A stretch of DNA of 64,000 nt. Source: Eledone cirrhosa. Taxonomy: Eukaryota. The stretch lies in the NCBI GenBank assembly GCA_964016885.1, contig OZ024745.1, positions 65,348,001 through 65,412,000 on the forward strand, in the 5' to 3' direction. How positions within the stretch are numbered: position 1 is the first letter of the stretch; each line of letters starts with the position of its first letter. This document shows, piece by piece, positions 14,401 through 27,800 of the stretch. The notes beneath the pieces were generated by a model, which had not been told where the DNA came from, did no database searches, and worked only from the letters and a program-made list of their open reading frames with translations. A program made the position numbers and the translations under genes.

Positions 14401-17400
14401 TGGGTGATCCATTTTTTATTTGGGTGATCCATTTTTTATTTGGGTGATCCATTTTTTATTTGGGTGATCCATTTTTTATTTGGGGGATCCATTTTTATTT
14501 GGGTGATCCATTTTTTATTTGGGTGATCCATTTTTTATTTGAGGGATCCATTTTATATTTGGGTGATCCATTTTTTATATGGGTGATCCATTTTTTATTT
14601 GGGGGATCCATTTTTTATTTGGGGGATCCATTTTTTATTTGGGGGATCCATTTTTTATTTGGGGGATCCATTTTTTATTTCGGGGATCCATTTTTTATTT
14701 GGGTGATTCATTTTTTATTTGGGGGATCCATTTTTTATTTGGGTAATCCATTTTTTTTATTTGGGGGTCCATTTTTTATTTGGGTGATCCATTTTTTATT
14801 TGGATGATCCATTTTTTAATTGGGTGATCCATTTTTATTTGGGTGATCCATTTTTTACTTGGGGGATGCATTTTTTATTTGGGTGATCCATTTTTTATTT
14901 TGCTGATTCATTTTTTATTTGGGTGATCCATTTTTTATTTGGGGGATCCATTTTTTATTTGGGTGAACCATTTTTTATTTGGGAGATCCATTTTTTATTT
15001 GGGTGATCCATTTTTTATTTGGGTGATCCATTTTTTATTTGGGGGATCCATTTTTTATTTGGGTGATCCATTTTTTATTTGGGTGATCCATTTTTTATTT
15101 GGGGGATCCATTTTTTATTTGGGGGATCCATTTTTTATTTGGGTGATCCATTTTTATTTGCAGATCCATTTTGTATTTGGGTGATCCATTTTTTAATTGG
15201 GTGATCCATTTTTTATTTGGGTGATCCATTTTTTATTTGGGTGGTCCATTTTTTATTTGGGTGATCCATTTTTTATTTGGGGGATCCATTTTTTATTTGG
15301 GTGATCCATTTTTTATTTGGGGATCCATTTTTTATTTGGGTGATCCATTTTTTATTTGGGTGATCCATTTTTTATTTGGGGGATCCATTTTTTATTTGGG
15401 TGATCCATTTTTTATTTGGGGGGGTCCATTTTTTATTTGGGGGATCCATTTTTATTTGGGTGATCCATTTTTTATTTGGGGGATCCATTTTTTATTTGGG
15501 TGATCCCTTTTTTATTTGGGGGATCCATTTTTTATTTGGGTGATCCATTTTTTATTTGGGGGATCCATTTTTTATTTGGGGGATTCATTTTTTATTTGGG
15601 TGATCCATTTTTTATTAGGGGGATCCATTTTTTATTTGGGTGATCCATTTTTATTTGGAGATCCATTTTTTATTTAGGTGATCCATTTTATAATTGGGTG
15701 ATCCATTTTTTATTTGGGGGATCTATTTTTTATTTGGGGGATCCATTATTTATTTGGGTGATCCATTTTTTATTTGGGTGATCCATTTTTTATTTGGGTG
15801 ATCCATTTTTTATTTGGGTGATCTATTTTTTATTTGGGTGATCCATTTTTTATTTGGGGGATCCATTTTTTATTTGGGTGATCCATTTTTTATTTGGGGG
15901 ATCCATTTTTTATTTGGGTGATCCATTTTTTATTTGGGGGATCCATTTTTTATTTCGGGGATCCATTTTTTATTTGGGTGATTCATTTTTTATTTGGGGG
16001 ATCCATTTTTTATTTTGGGTGATCCATTTTTTATTAGGGGGATCCATTTTTTATTTGGGTGATCCATTTTTATTTGTAGATCCATTTTTTATTTGGGTGA
16101 TCCATTTTTTAATTGGAAGATCCATTTTTTATTTGGGGGATCCATTTTTTATTTGGGGGATCCATTATTTATTTGGGTGATCCATTTTTTATTTGGGTGA
16201 TCCATTTTTTATTCGGGGGATCCATTTTTTATTTGGGTGATCCATTTTTTATTTGGGTGATCCATTTTTTAATTGGGGATCCATTTTTTATTTAGTTGAT
16301 CCATTTTTTAATTGGGTGATACATTTTTTATTTGGGGGATCCATTTTTTATTTGGGGGATCCATTTTTTATTTGGGGGATCCATTGTTTATTTGGGTGAT
16401 CCATTTTTTATTTGGGTGATCCATTTTTTATTTGGGGGATCCATTTTGTATTTGGGTGATCCATTTTTTATTTGGGTGATCCATTTTTTATTTGGGTGAT
16501 CCATTTTTTATTTGTGGGATCCATTTTTTATTTGGGTGATCCATTTTTTATTTGGGGGATCCTTTTTTTATTTGGGTGATCCATTTTTTATTTGGGTGAT
16601 CCATTTTTTATTTGGGGGATCCATTTTTTATTTGGGTGATCCATATTTTATTTGGGTGATCCATTTTTTATTTGGGGGATCCATTTTTTATTTGGGTGAT
16701 CCATTTTTTATTTGGGGGATCCATTTTTTATTTGGGGGATCCATTTTTTATTTGGGTGATCCATTTTTTATATGGGTGATCCATTTTTTATTTGGGGGGA
16801 TCCATTTTTAATTTGGGTGATCCATTTTTTATTTGGGGGATCCATTTTTTATTTGGGTGATCCATATTTTATTTGGGGGATCCATTTTTTATTTGGGTGA
16901 TCCATTTTTTATTTGGGTGATCCATTTTTTAATTGGGTGATCCATTTTTTATTTGGGGGATCCATTGTTTATTTGGGTGATCCATTTTTTATTTGGGTGA
17001 TCCATTTTTTATTTGGGGGATCCATTTTTTATTTGGGGGATCCATTTTTTATTTGGGTGATCCATTTTTTATTTGGGTGATCCATTTTTTATTTGGGGGA
17101 TCCATTTTTTATTTGGGGGATCCATTTTTTATTTGGTTGATCCATTTTTTATTAGGGGGATCCATATTTTTTTGGGTGATCCATTTTAATTTGGAGATCC
17201 ATTTTTTGTTTAGGTGATCCATTTTATAATTGGGTGATCCATTTTTTATTTGGGGGATCCATTTTTTATTTGGGGGATCCATTATTTATTTGGGTGATGC
17301 ATTTTTTATTTGGGTGATCCATTTTTTATTTGGGTGATCCATTTTTTATTTGGGTGATCCATTTTTTATTTGGGTGATCCATTTTTTATTTGGGGGATCC

Positions 17401-20400
17401 ATTTTTTATTTGGGTGATCCATTTTTTATTTGGGTGATCCATTTTTTATTTGAGGGATCCATTTTATATTTGGGTGATCCATTTTTTATATGGGTGATCC
17501 ATTTTTTATTTGGGGGATCCATTTTTTATTTGGGGGATCCATTTTTTATTTGGGGGATCCATTTTTTATTTGGGGGATCCATTTTTTATTTCGGGGATCC
17601 ATTTTTTATTTGGGTGATTCATTTTTTATTTGGGGGATCCATTTTTTATTTGGGTAATCCATTTTTTTTATTTGGGGGTCCATTTTTTATTTGGGTGATC
17701 CATTTTTTATTTGGGTGATCCATTTTTTATTTGGGGGATCCATTTTTTATTTGGGTGATCCATTTTTTATTTGGGGGGGTCCATTTTTTATTTGGGGGAT
17801 CCATTTTTATTTGGGTGATCCATTTTTTATTTGGGGGATCCATTTTTTATTTGGGTGATCCCTTTTTTATTTGGGGGATCCATTTTTTATTTGGGTGATC
17901 CATTTTTTATTTGGGGGATCCATTTTTTATTTGGGGGATTCATTTTTTATTTGGGTGATCCATTTTTTATTAGGGGGATCCATTTTTTATTTGGGTGATC
18001 CATTTTTATTTGGAGATCCATTTTTTATTTAGGTGATCCATTTTATAATTGGGTGATCCATTTTTTATTTGGGGGATCCATTTTTTATTTGGGGGATCCA
18101 TTATTTATTTGGGTGATCCATTTTTTATTTGGGTGATCCATTTTTTATTTGGGTGATCCATTTTTTATTTGGGTGATCTATTTTTTATTTGGGTGATCCA
18201 TTTTTTATTTGGGGGATCCATTTTTTATTTGGGTGATCCATTTTTTATTTGGGGGATCCATTTTTTATTTGGGTGATCCATTTTTTATTTGGGGGATCCA
18301 TTTTTTATTTCGGGGATCCATTTTTTATTTGGGTGATTCATTTTTTATTTGGGGGATCCATTTTTTATTTTGGGTGATCCATTTTTTATTAGGGGGATCC
18401 ATTTTTTATTTGGGTGATCCATTTTTATTTATAGATACATTTTTTATTTGGGTGATCCATTTTTTAATTGGAAGATCCATTTTTTATTTGGGGGATCCAT
18501 TTTTTATTTGGGGGATCCATTATTTATTTGGGTGATCCATTTTTTATTTGGGTGATCCATTTTTTATTCGGGGGATCCATTTTTTATTTGGGTGATCCAT
18601 TTTTTATTTGGGTGATCCATTTTTTAATTGGGGATCCATTTTTTATTTAGTTGATCCATTTTTTAATTGGATGATACATTTTTTATTTGGGGGATCCATT
18701 TTTTATTTGGGGGATCCATTTTTTATTTGGGGGATCCATTGTTTATTTGGGTGATCCATTTTTTATTTGGGTGATCCATTTTTTATTTGGGGGATCCATT
18801 TTGTATTTGGGTGATCCATTTTTTATTTGGGTGATCCATTTTTTATTTGGGTGATCCATTTTTTATTTGTGGGATCCATTTTTTATTTGGGTGATCCATT
18901 TTTTATTTGGGGGATCCTTTTTTTATTTGGGTGATCCATTTTTTATTTGGGTGATCCATTTTTTATTTGGGGGATCCATTTTTTATTTGGGTGATCCATA
19001 TTTTATTTGGGTGATCCATTTTTTATTTGGGTGATCCATTTTTTATTTGGGTGATCCATTTTTTATTTGGGGGATCCATTTTTTATTTGGGGGATCCATT
19101 TTTTATTTGGGTGATCCATTTTTTATATGGGTGATCCATTTTTTATTTGGGGGGATCCATTTTTAATTTGGGTGATCCATTTTTTATTTGGGGGATCCAT
19201 TTTTTATTTGGGTGATCCATATTTTATTTGGGGGATCCATTTTTTATTTGGGTGATCCATTTTTTATTTGGGTGATCCATTTTTTAATTGGGTGATCCAT
19301 TTTTTATTTGGGGGATCCATTTTTTATTTGGGTGATCCATTTTTTAGTTGGGTGGTCCATTTTTTATTTGGGTGATCCATTTTTTATTTGGGGGATCCAT
19401 TTTTTATTTGGGTGATCCATTTTTTATTTGGGGATCCATTTTTTATTTGGGTGATCCATTTTTTATTTGGGTGATCCATTTTTTATTTGGGGGATCCATT
19501 TTTTATTTGGGTGATTCATTTTTTATTTGGGGGGTCCATTTTTTATTTGGGGGATCCATTTTTATTTGGGTGATCCATTTTTTATTTGGGGGATCCATTT
19601 TTTATTTGGGTGATCCATTTTTTATTTGGGTTGATCCCTTTTTTATTTGGGGGATCCATTTTTTATTTGGGTGATCCATTTTTTATTTGGGGGATCCATT
19701 TTTTATTTGGGTGATCCATTTTTTATTTGAGGGATCCATTTTATATTTGGGTGATCCATTTTTTATTTGGGGGATCCATTATTTATTTGGGTGATCCATT
19801 TTTTATTTGGGTGATCCATTTTTTATTTGGGTGATCCATTTTTTTTTGGGGTGATCCATTTTTTATTTGGGTGATACATTTTTTATTTGGGGGATCCATT
19901 TTTTATTTGGGTGATCCATTTTTTATTTGGGTGATCCATTTTTTATTTGAGGGATCCATTTTATATTTGGGTGATCCATTTTTTATTTGGGTGATCCATT
20001 TTTTATTTGGGGGATCCATTTTTTATTTGGGGGATCCATTTTTTATTTGGGGGATCCATTTTTTATTTGGGGGATCCATTTTTTATTTCGGGGATCCATT
20101 TTTTATTTGGGTGATTCATTTTTTATTTGGGGGATCCATTTTTTATTTGGGTGATCCATTTTTTTAATTTGGGGGTCCATTTTTTATTTGGGTGATCCAT
20201 TTTTTATTTGGGTGATCCATTTTTTAATTGGGTGATCCATTTTTATTTGGGTGATCCATTTTTTACTTGGGGGATCCATTTTATATTTGGGTGATCCATT
20301 TTTTATTTTGCTGATTCATTTTTTATTTGGGTGATCCATTTTTTATTTGGGGGATCCATTTTTTATTTGGGTGAACCATTTTTTATTTGGGGGATCCATT

Positions 20401-21830
20401 TTTTATTTGGGTGATCCATTTTTTATTTGGGTGATCCATTTTTTATTTGGGGGATCCATTTTTTATTTGGGTGATCCATTTTTTATTTGGGTGATCCATT
20501 TTTTATTTGGGTGATCCATTTTTTATTTGGGGGATCCATTTTTTATTTGGGGGATCCATTTTTTATTTGGGTGATCCATTTTTATTTGGAGATCCATTTT
20601 GTATTTGGGAGATCCATTTTTTAATTGGGTGATCCATTTTTTATTTGGGTGATCCATTTTTTATTTGGGGGATCCATTTTTTATTTGGGTGATCCATTTT
20701 TTATTTGGGTGGTCCATTTTTTATTTGGGTGATCTATTTTTTATTTGGGGGATCCATTTTTTATTTGGGTGATCCATTTTTTATTTGGGGATCCATTTTT
20801 TATTTGGGTGATCCATTTTTTATTTGGGTGATCCATTTTTTATTTGGGGGATACATTTTTTATTTGGGTGATCCATTTTTTATTTGGGGGGTCCATTTTT
20901 TATTTGGGGGATCCATTTTTATTTGGGTGATCCATTTTTTATTTGGGGGATCCATTTTTTATTTGGGTGATCCATTTTTTATTTGGGTGATCCATTTTTT
21001 ATTTGGGGGATCCATTTTTTATTTGGGGGATCCATTTTTTATTTGGGTGATCCATTTTTATTTGGAGATCCATTTTGTATTTGGGTGATCCATTTTTTAA
21101 TTGGGTGATCCATTTTTTATTTGGGTGATCCATTTTTTATTTGGGGGATCCATTTTTTATTTGGGTGATCCATTTTTTATTTGGGTGGTCCATTTTTTAT
21201 TTGGGTGATCCATTTTTTATTTGGGGGATCCATTTTTTATTTGGGTGATCCATTTTTTATTTGGGGATCCATTTTTTATTTGGGTGATCCATTTTTTATT
21301 TGGGTGATCCATTTTTTATTTGGGGGATACATTTTTTATTTGGGTGATCCATTTTTTATTTGGGGGGTCCATTTTTTATTTGGGGGATCCATTTTTTATT
21401 TGGGTGATCAATTTTTTAATTGGGTGATCCATTTTTTATTTGGGGGATCCATTTTTTATTTGGGTGATCCATTTTTTAGTTGGGTGGTCCATTTTTTATT
21501 TGGGTGATCCACTTTTTATTTGGGGGATCCATTTTTTATTTGGGTGATCCATTTTTTATTTGGGGATCCATTTTTTATTTGGGTGATCCATTTTTTATTT
21601 GGGTGATCCATTTTTTATTTGGGGGATCCATTTTTTATTTGGGTGATCCATTTTTTATTTGGGGATCCATTTTTTATTTGGGTGATCCATTTTTTATTTG
21701 GGTGATCCATTTTTTATTTGGGGGATCCATTTTTTATTTGTGTGATCCATTTTTTATTTGGGGGTGCATTTTTTATTTGGGGGATCCATTTTTATTTGGG
21801 TGATCCATTTTTTATTTGGGGGATCCATTT
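2515..21830. repeat. Tandem duplication of about 9.67 kb: about 2515-12160 and about 12160-21830
   Basis: ORF signatures pair at offset 9687 (3054/12741, 3458/13145, 4018/13705, 5252/14939) and then 9667 (6187/15854, 7326/16993, 8542/18209, 9681/19348, 11038/20705, 11813/21480). Confidence 0.92.
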
Positions 21831-24800
21831 TTTATTTGGGTGATCCATTTTTTATTTGGGTTGATCCCTTTTTTATTTGGGGGATCCATTTTTTATTTGG
21901 GTGATCCATTTTTTATTTGGGGGATCCATTTTTTATTTGGGGGATCCATTTTTTATTTGGTTGATCCATTTTTTATTAGGGGGATCCATTTTTTATTTGG
22001 GTGATCCATTTTAATTTGGAGATCCATTTTTTGTTTAGGTGATCCATTTTATAATTGGGTGATCCATTTTTTATTTGGGGGATCCATTTTTTATTTGGGG
22101 GATCCATTATTTATTTGGGTGATCCATTTTTTATTTGGGTGATCCATTTTTTATTTGGGTGATCCATTTTTTATTTGGGTGATCCATTTTTTATTTGGGT
22201 GATCCATTTTTTATTTGGGGGATCCATTTTTTATTTGGGTGATCCATTCTTTATTTGGGTGATCCATTTTTTATTTGAGGGATCCATTTTATATTTGGGT
22301 GATCCATTTTTTATTTGGGTGATCCATTTTTTATTTGGGGGATCCATTTTTTATTTGGGGGATCCATTTTTTATTTGGGGGATCCATTTTTTATTTGGGG
22401 GATCCATTTTTTATTTCGGGGATCCATTTTTTATTTGGGTGATTCATTTTTTATTTGGGGGATCCATTTTTTATTTGGGTGATCCATTTTTTTTATTTGG
22501 GGGTCCATTTTTTATTTGGGTGATCCATTTTTTATTTGGATGATCCATTTTTTATTTGGGTGATCCATTTTTTATTTGGGTGATCCATTTTTTATTTTGC
22601 TGATTCATTTTTTATTTGGGTGATCCATTTTTTATTTGGGGGATCCATTTTTTATTTGGGTGAACCATTTTTTATTTGGGAGATCCATTTTTTATTTGGG
22701 TGATCCATTTTTTATTTGGGTGATCCATTTTTTATTTGGGGGATCCATTTTTTATTTGGGTGATCCATTTTTTATTTGGGTGATCCATTTTTTATTTGGG
22801 GGATCCATTTTTTATTTGGGTGAACCATTTTTTATTTGGGAGATCCATTTTTTATTTGGGTGATCCATTTTTTATTTGGGTGATCCATTTTTTATTTGGG
22901 GGATCCATTTTTTATTTGGGTGATCCATTTTTTATTTGGGTGATCCATTTTTTATTTGGGGGATCCATTTTTTATTTGGGGGATCCATTTTTTATTTGGG
23001 TGATCCATTTTTATTTGGAGATCCATTTTGTATTTGGGTGATCCATTTTTTAATTGGGTGATCCATTTTTTATTTGGGTGATCCTTTTTTTATTTGGGTG
23101 ATCCATTTTTTATTTGGGTGGTCCATTTTTTATTTGGGTGATCCATTTTTTATTTGGGGGATCCATTTTTTATTTGGGTGATCCATTTTTCATTTGGGGA
23201 TCCATTTTTTATTTGGGTGATCCATTTTTTATTTGGGTGATCCATTTTTTATTTGGGGGATACATTTTTTATTTGGGTGATCCATTTTTTATTTGGGGGG
23301 GTCCATTTTTTATTTGGGGGATCCATTTTTATTTGGGTGATCCATTTTTTATTTGGGGGATCCATTTTTTATTTGGGTGATCCCTTTTTTATTTGGGGGA
23401 TCCATTTTTTATTTGGGTGATCCATTTTTTATTTGGGGGATCCATTTTTTATTTGGGGGATCCATTATTTATTTGGGTGATGCATTTTTTATTTGGGTGA
23501 TCCATTTTTTATTTGGGTTATCCATTTTTTATTTGGGTGATCCATTTTTTATTTGGGTGATCCATTTTTTATTTGGGGGATCCATTTTTTATTTGGGTGA
23601 TCCATTTTTTATTTGGGTGATCCATTTTTTATTTGAGGGATCCATTTTATATTTGGGTGATCCATTTTTTATATGGGTGATCCATTTTTTATTTGGGGGA
23701 TCCATTTTTTATTTGGGGGATCCATTTTTTATTTGGGGGATCCATTTTTTATTTGGGGGATCCATTTTTTATTTCGGGGATCCATTTTTTATTTGGGTGA
23801 TTCATTTTTTATTTGGGGGATCCATTTTTTATTTGGGTAATCCATTTTTTTTATTTGGGGGTCCATTTTTTATTTGGGTGATCCATTTTTTATTTGGATG
23901 ATCCATTTTTTAATTGGGTGATCCATTTTTATTTGGGTGATCCATTTTTTACTTGGGGGATGCATTTTTTATTTGGGTGATCCATTTTTTATTTTGCTGA
24001 TTCATTTTTTATTTGGGTGATCCATTTTTTATTTGGGGGATCCATTTTTTATTTGGGTGAACCATTTTTTATTTGGAGGATCCATTATTTATTTGGGTGA
24101 TCCATTTTTTATTTGGGTGATCCATTTTTTAGTTGGGTGATCCATTTTTTATTTGGGTTGATCCCTTTTTTATTTGGGGGATCCATTTTTTATTTGGGTG
24201 ATCCATTTTTTATTTTGGGGATCCATTTTTTATTTGGGTGATCCATTTTTTATTTGGGTGATCCATTTTTTATTTGGGGGATCCATTTTTTATTTGGGTG
24301 ATCCATTTTTTATTTGGGTGATCCATTTTTTATTTGAGGGACCCATTTTATATTTGGGTGATCCATTTTTTATTTGGGTGATCCATTTTTTATTTGGGGG
24401 ATTCATTTTTTATTTGGGGGATCCATTTTTTATTTGGGGGATCCATTTTTTATTTGGGGGATCCATTTTTTATTTCGGGGATCCATTTTTTATTTGGGTG
24501 ATTCATTTTTTATTTGGGGGATCCATTTTTTATTTGGGTGATCCATTTTTTTTATTTGGGGGTCCATTTTTTATTTGGGTGATCCATTTTTTATTTGGGT
24601 GATCCATTTTTTAATTGGGTGATCCATTTTTATTTGGGTGATCCATTTTTTACTTGGGGGATCCATTTTTTATTTGGGTGATCCATTTTTTATTTTGCTG
24701 ATTCATTTTTTATTTGGGTGATCCATTTTTTATTTGGAGGATCCATTTTTTATTTGGGTGAACCATTTTTTATTTGGGGGATCCATTTTTTATTTGGGTG

Positions 24801-27800
24801 ATCCATTTTTTATTTGGGTGATCCATTTTTTATTTGGGGGATCCATGTTTTATTTGGGTGATCCATTTTTTATTTGGGTGATCCATTTTTTATTTGGGGG
24901 ATCCATTTTTTATTTGGGGGATCCATTTTTTATTTGAGTGATCCATTTTTATTTGGAGATCCATTTTGTATTTGGGTGATCCATTTTGTATTTGGGGGAT
25001 CCATTTTTTAATTGGGTGATCCATTTTTTATTTGGGGGATCCATTTTTTATTTGGGGGATCCATTTTTTATTTGGGGGATCCATTGTTTATTTGGGTGAT
25101 CCATTTTTTATTTGGGTGATCCATTTTTTATTTGGGGGATCCATTTTTTATTTGGGGGATCCATTTTTTATTTGGGTGATCCATTTTTTATTTGGGTGAT
25201 CCATTTTTTATTTGGGGGATCCATTTTTTATTTGGGGGATCCATTTTTTATTTGGTTGATCCATTTTTTATTAGGGGGATCCATATTTTTTTGGGTGATC
25301 CATTTTAATTTGGAGATCCATTTTTTGTTTAGGTGATCCATTTTATAATTGGGTGATCCATTTTTTATTTGGGGGATCCATTTTTTATTTGGGGGATCCA
25401 TTATTTATTTGGGTGATGCATTTTTTATTTGGGTGATCCATTTTTTATTTGGGTGATCCATTTTTTATTTGGGTGATCCATTTTTTATTTGGGTGATCCA
25501 TTTTTTATTTGGGGGATCCATTTTTATTTGGGTGATCCATTTTTTATTTGGGTGATCCATTTTTTATTTGAGGGATCCATTTTATATTTGGGTGATCCAT
25601 TTTTTATATGGGTGATCCATTTTTTATTTGGGGGATCCATTTTTTATTTGGGGGATCCATTTTTTATTTGGGGGATCCATTTTTTATTTGGGGGATCCAT
25701 TTTTTATTTCGGGGATCCATTTTTTATTTGGGTGATTCATTTTTTATTTGGGGGATCCATTTTTTATTTGGGTAATCCATTTTTTTTATTTGGGGGTCCA
25801 TTTTTTATTTGGGTGATCCATTTTTTATTTGGATGATCCATTTTTTAATTGGGTGATCCATTTTTATTTGGGTGATCCATTTTTTACTTGGGGGATGCAT
25901 TTTTTATTTGGGTGATCCATTTTTTATTTTGCTGATTCATTTTTTATTTGGGTGATCCATTTTTTATTTGGGGGATCCATTTTTTATTTGGGTGAACCAT
26001 TTTTTATTTGGGAGATCCATTTTTTATTTGGGTGATCCATTTTTTATTTGGGTGATCCATTTTTTATTTGGGGGATCCATTTTTTATTTGGGTGATCCAT
26101 TTTTTATTTGGGTGATCCATTTTTTATTTGGGGGATCCATTTTTTATTTGGGGGATCCATTTTTTATTTGGGTGATCCATTTTTATTTGGAGATCCATTT
26201 TGTATTTGGGTGATCCATTTTTTAATTGGGTGATCCATTTTTTATTTGGGTGATCCATTTTTTATTTGGGTGGTCCATTTTTTATTTGGGTGATCCATTT
26301 TTTATTTGGGGGATCCATTTTTTATTTGGGTGATCCATTTTTTATTTGGGGATCCATTTTTTATTTGGGTGATCCATTTTTTATTTGGGTGATCCATTTT
26401 TTATTTGGGGGATCCATTTTTTATTTGGGTGATCCATTTTTTATTTGGGGGGGTCCATTTTTTATTTGGGGGATCCATTTTTATTTGGGTGATCCATTTT
26501 TTATTTGGGGGATCCATTTTTTATTTGGGTGATCCCTTTTTTATTTGGGGGATCCATTTTTTATTTGGGTGATCCATTTTTTATTTGGGGGATCCATTTT
26601 TTATTTGGGGGATTCATTTTTTATTTGGGTGATCCATTTTTTATTAGGGGGATCCATTTTTTATTTGGGTGATCCATTTTTATTTGGAGATCCATTTTTT
26701 ATTTAGGTGATCCATTTTATAATTGGGTGATCCATTTTTTATTTGGGGGATCTATTTTTTATTTGGGGGATCCATTATTTATTTGGGTGATCCATTTTTT
26801 ATTTGGGTGATCCATTTTTTATTTGGGTGATCCATTTTTTATTTGGGTGATCTATTTTTTATTTGGGTGATCCATTTTTTATTTGGGGGATCCATTTTTT
26901 ATTTGGGTGATCCATTTTTTATTTGGGGGATCCATTTTTTATTTGGGTGATCCATTTTTTATTTGGGGGATCCATTTTTTATTTCGGGGATCCATTTTTT
27001 ATTTGGGTGATTCATTTTTTATTTGGGGGATCCATTTTTTATTTTGGGTGATCCATTTTTTATTAGGGGGATCCATTTTTTATTTGGGTGATCCATTTTT
27101 ATTTGTAGATCCATTTTTTATTTGGGTGATCCATTTTTTAATTGGAAGATCCATTTTTTATTTGGGGGATCCATTTTTTATTTGGGGGATCCATTATTTA
27201 TTTGGGTGATCCATTTTTTATTTGGGTGATCCATTTTTTATTCGGGGGATCCATTTTTTATTTGGGTGATCCATTTTTTATTTGGGTGATCCATTTTTTA
27301 ATTGGGGATCCATTTTTTATTTAGTTGATCCATTTTTTAATTGGGTGATACATTTTTTATTTGGGGGATCCATTTTTTATTTGGGGGATCCATTTTTTAT
27401 TTGGGGGATCCATTGTTTATTTGGGTGATCCATTTTTTATTTGGGTGATCCATTTTTTATTTGGGGGATCCATTTTGTATTTGGGTGATCCATTTTTTAT
27501 TTGGGTGATCCATTTTTTATTTGGGTGATCCATTTTTTATTTGTGGGATCCATTTTTTATTTGGGTGATCCATTTTTTATTTGGGGGATCCTTTTTTTAT
27601 TTGGGTGATCCATTTTTTATTTGGGTGATCCATTTTTTATTTGGGGGATCCATTTTTTATTTGGGTGATCCATATTTTATTTGGGTGATCCATTTTTTAT
27701 TTGGGGGATCCATTTTTTATTTGGGTGATCCATTTTTTATTTGGGGGATCCATTTTTTATTTGGGGGATCCATTTTTTATTTGGGTGATCCATTTTTTAT

